Source: Planctomycetota bacterium (GTDB lineage Bacteria > Planctomycetota > Planctomycetia > Pirellulales > UBA7805). From it: a DNA stretch of 49,867 nt. Where the stretch lies: NCBI GenBank assembly GCA_036337375.1, contig JAYZEI010000006.1, positions 1 to 49,867 of the forward strand, written 5' to 3'. Below are positions 17,730 to 26,403 of this stretch, piece by piece. Within the stretch, counting starts at the first letter, position 1. Every line of letters begins with the position of its first letter. The position numbers and the translations under genes were made by a program. The notes under the pieces are model-generated. The model saw only the letters and a list, made by a program, of their open reading frames with translations, was not told where the DNA came from and did not search any database.

Positions 17730-18170
17730 CTAAGCGATCTTTCTCAATTGTGCTGTCCACTGGCGGACGACCTGATGGATCGACCAGTCGTCGACATGCA
17801 CAACTTGCCGACCAAGCCGACGCCGCATGTTAATGGCGACCGGGGCTTTCAGGTTCATCGTCAAATCACCCGATAATTGCCCCAAAATGGCGACAATCTG
17901 GAGGTCTTTTGGCGATTCGAGGCCGAGCGGCCTCAGATCGTGAGGCTCAATCCGGATGTCGTAGTCAGGCACGAATTTGCGCGGGCTACCGACCGGCAAG
18001 GCAATTTCAGACCAATCGGCCGATTGTAACCAGCCAACCCTCGCGTCGGGCCGCTCTACAAGCAGCACCCAATCCCGACAATCCTCAAACCCAGGCAGGC
18101 CTGCCGGAAAACAAACCCTGTCCGCCACGCTGATTTGAATCGTCCCGAACCGCGTTGTGCCGATTTCCAT
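17730..18170 (-). CDS. fliW: Flagellar assembly factor FliW (CsrA antagonist)
   Basis: FGTIQISVADRVCFPAGLPGFEDCRDWVLL is FliW-like, and the gene lies 15 nt upstream of csrA, the conserved fliW-csrA arrangement. The start was chosen at MEIGTTRFG (18170). Confidence 0.85.
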   Translation of the reverse strand: MEIGTTRFGTIQISVADRVCFPAGLPGFEDCRDWVLLVERPDARVGWLQSADWSEIALPVGSPRKFVPDYDIRIEPHDLRPLGLESPKDLQIVAILGQLSGDLTMNLKAPVAINMRRRLGRQVVHVDDWSIHQVVRQWTAQLRKIA

Positions 18171-18370
18171 GGCTTGGCGATCCCCTGTTGTTTGCCGTTG
18201 TACATCCGTATAGCCGCTTCGCGCGCTCAAGGGAAACATCGTCTAGAAACCGGCAAAACCGCCAACAAAAACGACTTGCACGAATTTAGGCCTGTCAAAA
18301 GGTTAATCGGTCGTGTCGGTTTTAACGAATGTACGGCATTTCGCCGAAGCGTTCTCTGCAACGACGACTA

Positions 18371-18480
18371 ATATACAAGTTCTTGTGGTTTCTTACCCTT
18401 TTTAATTCTTTTTTTATATTTTTTATGGGTTTTCAACCCTTATAGTCTTGAAACCTAAATTTTATATGCCATAACTCAGA
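18371..18480. promoter_or_regulatory. AT-rich island in the fliW/mraZ divergent intergenic region with a candidate mraZ promoter
   Basis: ~110 bp that is clearly more AT-rich than its surroundings. Candidate -35 TTGAAA (18448-18453), 16-nt spacer, -10 CATAAC (18470-18475). Two similar boxes, TGTGGTTTCTTACCCTT (18384-18400) and ATGGGTTTTCAACCCTT (18425-18441); the second contains the inverted repeat GGGTT/AACCC. Confidence 0.4.
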
Positions 18481-18508
18481 CTCACATGACACGTACGATC
18501 TTTACCGA

Positions 18509-18994
18509 ATGGCTAACGACGTTGAATTGATTCTGGGCGAGCATCCTCGCCTGCTGGACGAGCGTTATCGAGTTTCCCTACCACCAGAACTGGTCGAGCC
18601 ACTAACGACGGACGGAATCGAATGCGTTTTGGCGAAGGAACGGCCTGGATGCCTGAGTTTGTGGAACAAACCACAGTGGCAACCCGCGCTGGATCAGGGC
18701 ATCGACTTGGTGCGCGGCAAGATTCGCGCCGGCCGTATGGAAGGCCGGTTAGCTCAAGTTCAATTGCTCGGCCGATTGCTTTCGACGCGGCACAAAGACG
18801 TCAAAATTGCGGGGCGTGGCCGACTATTGATTCCGGAAGGCTTTCGCGAATTTCTCGGCGTCGAAAAGGGGCAGGAAGTCATCGTCGTCGGCGCTGCAAT
18901 GTGTGTCGAAATCTGGAAACCGGAAACGTGGTTCTCGTATCTCGAGAAACGGATTCCACGCTTCCGACAGTTGTTCGAAAAACTTTCGGGCTAA
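18509..18994 (+). CDS. mraZ: Transcriptional regulator MraZ (duplicated SpoVT/AbrB domain)
   Basis: Two AbrB-like halves (LDERYRVSLPPELVEPL ... and GRGRLLIPEGFREFLGVEKGQEVIVVGAAMCVEIW), typical of MraZ. About 160 aa. Confidence 0.8.
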   Translation: MANDVELILGEHPRLLDERYRVSLPPELVEPLTTDGIECVLAKERPGCLSLWNKPQWQPALDQGIDLVRGKIRAGRMEGRLAQVQLLGRLLSTRHKDVKIAGRGRLLIPEGFREFLGVEKGQEVIVVGAAMCVEIWKPETWFSYLEKRIPRFRQLFEKLSG

Positions 18995-19421
18995 CAAGCT
19001 CATTTGCCATGTCTTTGGCCGCGAGCGCGCGGCGTCCGTACGCAGTTTTTAACTTCCGCCTGTGTCACCCGGACAGGAATGCAAGTCAACGTAACCGGGA
19101 TTGTCTGCACGGATGTCGGCGCGCCCAGCGGCCGGGCATGGCTTTTGTTTTCGAGCGGCTCTCAGCTTAACCTACCGGCTGGGGGCGGTGATCCTCATTC
19201 GACCATTTCACCAGCATCATCAGCGAGTGAATCTTCTACCGGGCCCGACCGCCCGAAAATCAACGGCAGCGAGAACGTCGGCGAAATTCGCCCCCGGTTA
19301 GTAGGTCGATTTGCAAACACACGCCTGTCCTCGACGTCCCTAAAGGGCCTCGCGTTGAAGGCACCGCCCAGTGATCCACAACCCAAACCGCGCGACGGCG
19401 ATCGGCGGCGTGTTCTGAAGC

Positions 19422-20210
19422 TTACGATCTATTTCTGGCCGGTTGATTATTCCAGACGATCCTGCACTTCGGCAGTCGTTGTCGCAACTGCTGGATTCCT
19501 TTCGGCGACATGCGGGTCTCCCACAGATCCAACTCGCGAAGCGATCTGAGTTCCGCCAAAACCGGAACCGACTTGTCGGTAACTGCGGTCTGACCGAGCC
19601 ACAGCCGTTGGAGTTTTTTCATCCTTTGCAAATGGGCGAGGCCCGCATCGGTGATTTTGGTTTCACCCAGATAAAGGCCGGTCAGGTTTGTTAGCTGCTG
19701 CAAATGACGGAGACCGGCGTCCGTAATTTGATTGCCGCGCAGGCCAAGGTAAACGAGTTGCGTCATGCCTTGCAAATGCACCAGTCCTGCGTCGGTAATA
19801 TTGGCCTCACCCACTGGCAGATGCTGCAACCCCTTTTGGCCGCTAAGCTGCCGCAGTCCGGCGTCGCCAATCCTACAACGGTAAAGATTGAGCCACTGGA
19901 GCTTTTGCAACCGATTCAAATGGATGAGTCCGGCTGCGGTTATTTGAGTCGCTTCCAAGGAAAGATCTGTCATCTCCGTAAAGCCGGTCATCAGCGCCAA
20001 TTCATCGTCGCCAATCTTCGCGCGATTGGCGCTGACTTCAATGACGGCGTTGCCCCGCATAAAGACCGTCGCGCCATGTTCTTTTAGCTGTTTGATACAC
20101 TCGGCCGCGGAAAGGTTTTTCTCGTCGCCCCGTGGAGCAGGCTGCTCCTGTGCAACTACGGCCGAAAAAATCACGAAATTGAAAACAGCAGCCAGCGACA
20201 ACTTGTCCAT
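19422..20210 (-). CDS. Secreted leucine-rich repeat protein (planctomycete 'ITDAGLxHL' LRR type)
   Basis: Signal peptide, then about 8 repeats of LxxLxLxxTxITDAGLxHLxx. Confidence 0.8.
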   Translation of the reverse strand: MDKLSLAAVFNFVIFSAVVAQEQPAPRGDEKNLSAAECIKQLKEHGATVFMRGNAVIEVSANRAKIGDDELALMTGFTEMTDLSLEATQITAAGLIHLNRLQKLQWLNLYRCRIGDAGLRQLSGQKGLQHLPVGEANITDAGLVHLQGMTQLVYLGLRGNQITDAGLRHLQQLTNLTGLYLGETKITDAGLAHLQRMKKLQRLWLGQTAVTDKSVPVLAELRSLRELDLWETRMSPKGIQQLRQRLPKCRIVWNNQPARNRS

Positions 20211-20319
20211 GCGATCAGCCTCAAAATCCGGTTTAGTACATTTCGCGGCCCCAAGGCGGCCATTATAATCCTGGTGTTGTCACGTTACCAATCGGCAAAT
20301 TCCGTTGGAGGAGACTCTG

Positions 20320-21342
20320 ATGATGTTTCGCACCAAGTGGGCCGCAATGGCGCTAGTCGCAACCGCATTTTTAATTTCGTGCACGGCGAGTGCGGCAGAA
20401 AAACAATTTCTTTGGCAAACGAACTCCTACGGCAACGACGTGCACGTAATCGATACAAAGACGAACAAGGTTATTCGCCACATCGAAGTCGGTCCACAAC
20501 CGCACGGCATTGCAGCGCCTGACGATGCGAGTGTCGTATACATTGCCATCGAAGCGTTCAAAGACCCGCTCGGCGAACTAATCTGGGTCGATCCGCGAAC
20601 TTACGACATCACGCACCGAATGCGAATCGGTCCCAAGCCGAATCAGTTGGCGTGCACGCCGGATGGCCGCTGGGTTTACGTTCCGTGCAACGACGGTCAC
20701 TATTGGGTCATCGATGGAAAACAGCGGACGGTCGTGGCAAAGATCAAAACCGGCGGGCGGCCGCATAACACCCTGGCCTCGCGCGACGGAAAGTTCATGT
20801 ATCTTTCGCCAATGGGCAATCCGCGCCGGGTAACGATTGTAGACGTCCTTGCAGGACACAAAGTTGTCGGCCACATCCCGTATTCCGCTTCGGTACGCCC
20901 GCCCGCTTTGTCGGCGGATCAAAAGCGACATTTTCAGAACGTGGATGGACTGATCGGTTTCGAGGTGAGCGACGTCGCGGCACGTAAAATGGTCAAACGC
21001 GTCGAGCATGTGATTCCAGCGGAATTCAAAGGCAAGGGCAGCCGCTGCCACGGCTTGGCGGTCCGCCCCGACCAAAAAGAGATCTGGTCGTGCAATGTCG
21101 AGCATCAGCTGGTCCACGTGCACGACATTACTAAAGACGACTATCCGGAGATCACTTCGATTCGCATGATCGGCCGCGTCTACTGGCTTTGTTTTTCACC
21201 GGACAGTAAGCGGGCTTATCTTGCCGTCCGCAGCGAGCGCAAAGTTGCCGTTGTCAATACGGAGACAAAAAAAGTGATCGCGCACATTGAAGTCGGCAAT
21301 ACGCCTAAACGAAACCTCGTGATCACACTGTCGGACAATTAG
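20320..21342 (+). CDS. Secreted YVTN-type beta-propeller repeat protein
   Basis: Signal peptide. Repeated blades (VHVIDTKTNKVIRHIEVGPQPHGIA, YWVIDGKQRTVVAKIKTGGRPHN, VAVVNTETKKVIAHIEVGNTPK). The ATG at 20320 lies 6 nt after GGAGGAG; the track start at 20305 is a TTG. Confidence 0.7.
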   Translation: MMFRTKWAAMALVATAFLISCTASAAEKQFLWQTNSYGNDVHVIDTKTNKVIRHIEVGPQPHGIAAPDDASVVYIAIEAFKDPLGELIWVDPRTYDITHRMRIGPKPNQLACTPDGRWVYVPCNDGHYWVIDGKQRTVVAKIKTGGRPHNTLASRDGKFMYLSPMGNPRRVTIVDVLAGHKVVGHIPYSASVRPPALSADQKRHFQNVDGLIGFEVSDVAARKMVKRVEHVIPAEFKGKGSRCHGLAVRPDQKEIWSCNVEHQLVHVHDITKDDYPEITSIRMIGRVYWLCFSPDSKRAYLAVRSERKVAVVNTETKKVIAHIEVGNTPKRNLVITLSDN

Positions 21343-21352
21343 TACGCCGCGC

Positions 21353-21805
21353 ATGATCAAATACGTCGCGGTTGGTATTTCGCTGATTCCACTTAGTTGT
21401 GGCTGCAACCGTGGACTGAATCCGGTTGCCAAACGCGGAAAGTCTCTGTACGAGGCGAGCTGCGCGAGTTGTCATCTGTCGAGCGGTGAAGGGAAGGAGG
21501 GTGTCGGTCCATCGCTGGTCGGCTCCAAATGGGTCACGGGGTCGCCCGAGCGACTTGCACGGATTTCGCTGTACGGCATACGCGGTCCAATCGTGGTAAA
21601 CGGGCGGCAATTCAATTTAGAGATGCCCGGCGTCTACTACTACCAATTCGACGACGGACAAATGGCGGCAGTACTTACCTACATACGACAAAGTTGGGGA
21701 AATGATGCATCGCCCGTCCCGCCCTCTTTGGTGGCGACCGTCCGGAAGGAATGCGGTGAGCGAGGTGATTCCTGGACGGTCGAAGAACTGGCGGAACATG
21801 ATTAA
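21353..21805 (+). CDS. c-type cytochrome (class I-like, mono-haem)
   Basis: Haem-binding CASCH motif after a signal/lipoprotein-like N-terminus (LSCGC). A distal Met-containing segment (LEMPGV) is present. Confidence 0.8.
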   Translation: MIKYVAVGISLIPLSCGCNRGLNPVAKRGKSLYEASCASCHLSSGEGKEGVGPSLVGSKWVTGSPERLARISLYGIRGPIVVNGRQFNLEMPGVYYYQFDDGQMAAVLTYIRQSWGNDASPVPPSLVATVRKECGERGDSWTVEELAEHD

Positions 21806-21835
21806 GCCGGGGCGAGGTGGTCGCCGTCGACCATC

Positions 21836-22852
21836 CTACGGCTTTTCAGCTTCGGCCTCTTCAGACAACTCCAGCCAACGCTGCTCGGCCGGTTTCAATT
21901 GCCCATCGATTTCAACGTTCCGCTCGTGCAGGCGTTGCGCTTCTTCGGCATCGGTGCAGCTCATGAGTTGGTTTCGCACGTCGCTCCGCTGCTCATCGAG
22001 CCGCGCAATTGTCCGCTCCAGCGCGGCAATTTCTTTTTGCCGGTGGCGGCGTTGTTGATTGCGCGCCTTTCGATCGTTTGGCGGCATTTTTTTCCCGGTT
22101 TTTTCGCCGGCTGTCAAACTGGTCTGCGCGGCGACGAGAGGTTCTGAATCCACTTCTTTGCTCAGACGGTATACGTAGGAATCGAAGTCGTCCGGGTAGT
22201 GTTTGACACGGCCGTTGCGGACTTCAATGACACCCGTGGCTACTCGACGAACAAAGTGCCGGTCGTGGCTGGTAAAGAGGACCGTTCCCGGGTACTCGAT
22301 CAATGCGTCGGCAAGCGCTTCCAGAGTTTCGACGTCCAAGTGGTTGCCTGGCTCATCCAAAACCAGCACATTGTGCGGCGCAAGCAACAGCGCGGCGAGG
22401 CAAACCCGTGCTCGCTCACCGCCACTGAGAACTTTGATAGGCTTGTGGATCAAATCACCGTGAAACAAAAAACTGCCGGCCACATCGAGCAACGTTTGTT
22501 CTACCGTATCTGGCGAACGCTGCTGATTCAGGTACTCAAAAATCGTCTCGCGCTCGGGCAAACTTCCGTAAACATGCTGCGCGTAAACGCCCGTTTCGCA
22601 GCCGTATGTCCACTCAACCTCGCCATGCAACATTGGCAGTGAACCGATAATCGTCCGCAGGAGCGTCGTTTTACCGTGTCCATTCTCACCTACAACCGCC
22701 GTTCGGGTTCCATGATCGACCTCAAGATTTATGTCGGTGGCCACGGACAAGTCGGGATAGCCCATCGATAAGTCACGACAGCGGACTGCCGTACCTTGCC
22801 GCACGGCACTGGTCGGCACGCGAATCCGCACCTGTTTTTCCTCGGATTCCAT
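21836..22852 (-). CDS. ABC-F ATPase, C-terminal half (second ABC cassette plus coiled-coil tail); fragment of an interrupted gene
   Basis: Walker A GENGHGKTT, signature LSGGERARV, Walker B VLVLDEPGNHLD, and a charged C-terminal coiled coil. It is in frame with the upstream fragment across a single TAA. Confidence 0.8.
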   Translation of the reverse strand: MESEEKQVRIRVPTSAVRQGTAVRCRDLSMGYPDLSVATDINLEVDHGTRTAVVGENGHGKTTLLRTIIGSLPMLHGEVEWTYGCETGVYAQHVYGSLPERETIFEYLNQQRSPDTVEQTLLDVAGSFLFHGDLIHKPIKVLSGGERARVCLAALLLAPHNVLVLDEPGNHLDVETLEALADALIEYPGTVLFTSHDRHFVRRVATGVIEVRNGRVKHYPDDFDSYVYRLSKEVDSEPLVAAQTSLTAGEKTGKKMPPNDRKARNQQRRHRQKEIAALERTIARLDEQRSDVRNQLMSCTDAEEAQRLHERNVEIDGQLKPAEQRWLELSEEAEAEKP

Positions 22853-22942
22853 TTCGCGTAGTCTGAGGCGGTCGAGTTGTGTTTGTTTGCTGCGGGCCTG
22901 CGAGGCGGTGCTGGCGTTGGCCCGATTTTTGTTGATTAACCT

Positions 22943-23632
22943 TTAGAGCTGTTTTCGTTTTGCGAGCGTAGCCGCATTAACTCGCTGGTCGTGCTCGCGA
23001 AGCTGCTGTTTTTGGGCCAGATACGCTTCCACATCACCCGGAAACAGATGCAGCGAACCGCGGGCCAGCTCAAGTGTGTATTCACAAGTCGCCTTCAAAA
23101 AAGTCCGGTCGTGCGAAACGATCAAGCAACCTGCCCGGAACTGCCGCAGGAACCGCTCAAGCAACATTTGCGTGCGCAAATCGAGAAAGTTTGTCGGCTC
23201 GTCGAGCACCAGTAGATTCGGATTCTGCAACAGCAGTGCGCTCAATTTGACGCGAGTCTGCCAGCCGCCGGAAAGTGCGGCGATCGGTTGCTCCAGCGTG
23301 TCGCCTTTTAGACCAAATTGATTGGCCACTTCGCCACATCGCCACCGTGGTTGTCCACCGTCGCGCATCAGGAATTCAGTCACCGATTCTCCCGGTTCGA
23401 ACGGATCATGCTGTCGCAGATAACCGATCCGCAGGCGCGGACTGCGGATGACTTCGCCACGGTCGAGTTCCTCGTCTCCGAGCAAAATCCGGCACAGCGT
23501 CGATTTTCCGGAACCGTTGCGGCCAACCAAGCCGATCTTGCGCCGCTCCGGCAGCACCACGCTGGCATCGTCCAACAGCAACTGGTCACCGTAACGTTTT
23601 TCAGCGTTTTGTAGTTCAAGTAGCGTCGCCAT
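22943..23632 (-). CDS. ABC-F ATPase, N-terminal half (first ABC cassette); fragment ending at an in-frame TAA
   Basis: Walker A GRNGSGKST, signature LSGGWQTRV, Walker B LLVLDEPTNFLD. The start was chosen at MATLLELQN (23632); the track start is a GTG at 23695. Confidence 0.8.
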   Translation of the reverse strand: MATLLELQNAEKRYGDQLLLDDASVVLPERRKIGLVGRNGSGKSTLCRILLGDEELDRGEVIRSPRLRIGYLRQHDPFEPGESVTEFLMRDGGQPRWRCGEVANQFGLKGDTLEQPIAALSGGWQTRVKLSALLLQNPNLLVLDEPTNFLDLRTQMLLERFLRQFRAGCLIVSHDRTFLKATCEYTLELARGSLHLFPGDVEAYLAQKQQLREHDQRVNAATLAKRKQL

Positions 23633-23691
23633 GTTTTTCGCGTTGCGGGTTTTGACTCCGTTTTTGCGCGGTAAAGGCCGCTCTTTTTTCG

Positions 23692-24423
23692 TCACGGATG
23701 GAACGGCGGAATTTCAGCGACGCGATGACCGTCGATCATTTCTTGCACATAATCTGCCACACGGCCCACGATACGGTCGATGAACTGCTGCCCCGCTTCG
23801 GCAGTCGCCAGCGACGGCGCCTGATCGGGTTGATCTTTCCAAATTTCGGTTCGAACGTTCTCGGCAAAGGCGGCTAAGCCAAACGAGGTCTCAAATTCCT
23901 GTGCGTGGCCGGGCAGGTGGGTTGGAATCTCGTCTCCACTGCGCAAAAGCTCGCAGGCATCGTCTTTTGTTAACACATCCCAGTAAGGCAGGAACTGAAG
24001 ATTCACCTGAAATCGCCGCAGCAATTGATCCCAGATCGACCGGCAAGGAACAATGTTGCCGCCATGCCCGTTGAGCACCAGGATATTATCAAATCCCCCG
24101 CGAACGAGGCTATCGATGACGTCCTCCAGCACCGATAAAAATGTCCCGACGCGGAGTGTGATCGTACCGGGATGACACATGTGGTGTTCGCTAACACCCG
24201 CCATAATCGCTTCGGCGACCAACACGTGCGGCTGCAACCGCCCAGCAACTTCACTGGCCACATGGCACACGCTACGCCAGTCGTGCTCCATCGCCAAGTG
24301 TTCCAAATGCTGCTCGATCGCCGCAACCGGAACGATACACACCTTTAGACCGCCCGACTGCATACGCTCGCGAAACTCACGCCGAGTAAGCTTACGGAGC
24401 AGGTAATTTTCGCCGCTGGACAT
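23692..24423 (-). CDS. Creatininase-family amidohydrolase (divergent member)
   Basis: Family blocks AAIEQHLEHL, LVLNGHGGN and GHAQEFETS. Confidence 0.75.
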   Translation of the reverse strand: MSSGENYLLRKLTRREFRERMQSGGLKVCIVPVAAIEQHLEHLAMEHDWRSVCHVASEVAGRLQPHVLVAEAIMAGVSEHHMCHPGTITLRVGTFLSVLEDVIDSLVRGGFDNILVLNGHGGNIVPCRSIWDQLLRRFQVNLQFLPYWDVLTKDDACELLRSGDEIPTHLPGHAQEFETSFGLAAFAENVRTEIWKDQPDQAPSLATAEAGQQFIDRIVGRVADYVQEMIDGHRVAEIPPFHP

Positions 24424-24653
24424 CTTGCACCCTCATCATTTCAAAATGCGGTTCCCGACATTGTGCCACGTTCACGGGGCATATTCTAGAATCATTGAGG
24501 CCGGGACTGGGCAGTTAGTTTTCGGACAGCTATCCTACAGCCATTCTTGTCATCGCCGCGGGTTCGTTTGACGCCAAACTGCAGCAACCGGTTAAGCGTA
24601 CTTTGGGAACCGGCCGCGACGGCATCGTGTTTTACGAACCTACCTGAGTTCCT

Positions 24654-25367
24654 ATGAAGCCCGTCGTCCAAATTTCGCTAGACCTAACATCGGTTGCCGA
24701 AGCGATCGAGACGTCGGAAATGGCGCTTCGCGCGGGCGTCGATTGGCTTGAGGCCGGCACGCCGCTGCTGCTGGCCGAAGGACTGCACGCGGTGGAGCGA
24801 CTTCGCGAACGCTTTCCCGAGACACCGATCGTGGCCGATCTGAAGACGATGGACGGTGGCTACCTGGAAGTCGAAATGATGGCCAAGGCCGGCGCGAACT
24901 TTGTCGTCGTCATGTCGCAAGCTCACGAGGAAACGATCCACTGCGCCGTCAAGGCCGGCCGCGATTTTGGCGCGAAGGTAATGGGCGACAATCTCGGCAG
25001 CGCGAGCATGATCGACGGCGCACGACGACTCGAAGATCTTGGCTGTGATGTGATTGTGCATCATATTGGCTACGACGAGCGGCGGGGAATCGCGGCCCGC
25101 GGCAAAATAGCGCCGACACCGATGGACGCCTTGCGCGAAGTTGTCGCGGCGGTCCAGGTTCCCGTTCAGGCGGTCGGCGGACTTTCCATCGAGCAAGCCG
25201 TGGCCACTCCCAGCTATGGAGCGCCGCTGGTCGTGATCGGTGCGCCGCTGGCGATCGATAGCGACCGGTTTCAAACGGCCAGCGGCGACCTTGAGGATTC
25301 GCTGCGACTGATCTGCCAGCAAGTTCACGAGTTCGGCGACGTACCGGTGCGTAAGGAACTGGCATGA
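24654..25367 (+). CDS. 3-hexulose-6-phosphate synthase / 3-keto-L-gulonate-6-P decarboxylase family enzyme (OMPDC suprafamily)
   Basis: VQISLDL, LEAGTPL, IVADLKTMDGG, and later HHIGYD / VGGLS / VIGAPL blocks, as in HPS/UlaD/SgbH. Confidence 0.75.
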   Translation: MKPVVQISLDLTSVAEAIETSEMALRAGVDWLEAGTPLLLAEGLHAVERLRERFPETPIVADLKTMDGGYLEVEMMAKAGANFVVVMSQAHEETIHCAVKAGRDFGAKVMGDNLGSASMIDGARRLEDLGCDVIVHHIGYDERRGIAARGKIAPTPMDALREVVAAVQVPVQAVGGLSIEQAVATPSYGAPLVVIGAPLAIDSDRFQTASGDLEDSLRLICQQVHEFGDVPVRKELA

Positions 25368-26266
25368 GCGATAAAGGCCAACCACCGCTTGCCGCATTTC
25401 CCAAGGCTTACATGGACGAACTGTGCGTCACGGGCGAGATGACACTGGAGCGTTGGATTGAAATGGCGTCGGCGCTTGATGTCGATGGCTTGGAACTGTA
25501 CAGCGGCATTCGCGGACTGGAAACGCCCCCGCAATGGGAGTATTACCGCAGAGTGGCCGCGGACCACGGCATGCAACTGCCGATGCTCTGTTGCTCGCCG
25601 GACTTTACGCACCCCGATCCGAAATTTCGAGCGGAACAAATCGAATTAGAAAAAGAGTGGATCGACATGGCCGCCGGCCTCGGTGCGGCGTATTGCCGCG
25701 TGCTCTCGGGACAGCGCCGGCCTGAAGTTTCGGTCGACGACGGCATCGCCTATTGCACCGATTGCATCGAGGCGTGTCTTGATCACGCAGCCGACCGCAA
25801 CGTGACACTCATTCTAGAGAATCATTACAAAGACAATTTCTGGGAACATCCCGAGTTCGCACAAAAGATGGATATCTTCTTGCGGCTGATTGAGCAGATT
25901 GACTCACCGCATTTTGGAGTCAATTACGATCCCAGCAACACATATCTGGCGGGCGAGGACCCGCTGGAACTGCTGCGCTGCGTCCGTAAGCGGGTGGTGA
26001 CGATGCACGCCAGCGATCGCTACCTAGCGGAAGGCACGCTGGAAGACCTGCGCCGCGAAGAAGATGTCGTCGGTTACGCGCAGCGGCTGCGGCACGGGAC
26101 GATCGGCAAAGGATTGAACGACTACGACGCGATTTTCAGCCTGTTGGCGGAAGTCGGCTTCCGTGGCTGGATCAGTATTGAAGACGGCGTCGATGGCATG
26201 GACCAAATGCACGAGAGCGTCGCGTATTTACGTGGTAAACTAGAAGAACACTGGCCCGCGAGTTAA
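25364..26266 (+). CDS. Sugar-phosphate isomerase/epimerase, xylose-isomerase-like TIM barrel (UlaE/SgbU-like)
   Basis: PLAAFPKAY...LERWIEMASALDVDGLEL resembles the UlaE N-terminus. LILENHY and ISIEDG blocks are present. The start overlaps the upstream stop (ATGA 25364-25367). Confidence 0.75.
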   Translation: MSDKGQPPLAAFPKAYMDELCVTGEMTLERWIEMASALDVDGLELYSGIRGLETPPQWEYYRRVAADHGMQLPMLCCSPDFTHPDPKFRAEQIELEKEWIDMAAGLGAAYCRVLSGQRRPEVSVDDGIAYCTDCIEACLDHAADRNVTLILENHYKDNFWEHPEFAQKMDIFLRLIEQIDSPHFGVNYDPSNTYLAGEDPLELLRCVRKRVVTMHASDRYLAEGTLEDLRREEDVVGYAQRLRHGTIGKGLNDYDAIFSLLAEVGFRGWISIEDGVDGMDQMHESVAYLRGKLEEHWPAS

Positions 26267-26403
26267 CAAATTTCCAGCCGAAGCGGTGATTGAGGAAACT
26301 GGTTTTGTGATGAGGCGGCTCCTCGCTCAAGCCTCGGTTTACGACAACTTCTCTGGACGAGCGATGGCGGCGGATTAACAACTTACATTTAAGGAGAAAA
26401 CAA

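Noticed and set aside
19004-19549. A 181-aa + strand ORF and a tmRNA-like 5' motif (GGGGGCGGTGATCCTCATTCGACC at 19181-19204, resembling GGGGCUGAUUCUGGAUUCGAC) in the ~430-bp gap after mraZ.
   Set aside because: The ORF has an unprotein-like composition and runs antisense into the LRR gene. For tmRNA, the following ~400 nt contain no T-arm (GGTTCGA-type), no 3' strand complementary to the 5' end before a CCA, and no tag ORF ending in Ala-Ala-stop. A tmRNA of normal length would also overlap the LRR CDS. The gap remains unexplained non-coding DNA.
24684-25397. A long antisense ORF (237 aa) opposite the UlaD-like gene. Similar shadow ORFs occur at 29380..29988, 36859..37413, 39084..39707, 43404..43898 and 44579..45259.
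   Set aside because: All lie fully inside well-supported genes on the other strand. They have Arg/Pro/Gly/Ser-rich low-complexity translations typical of GC-rich antisense frames, and no family motifs.
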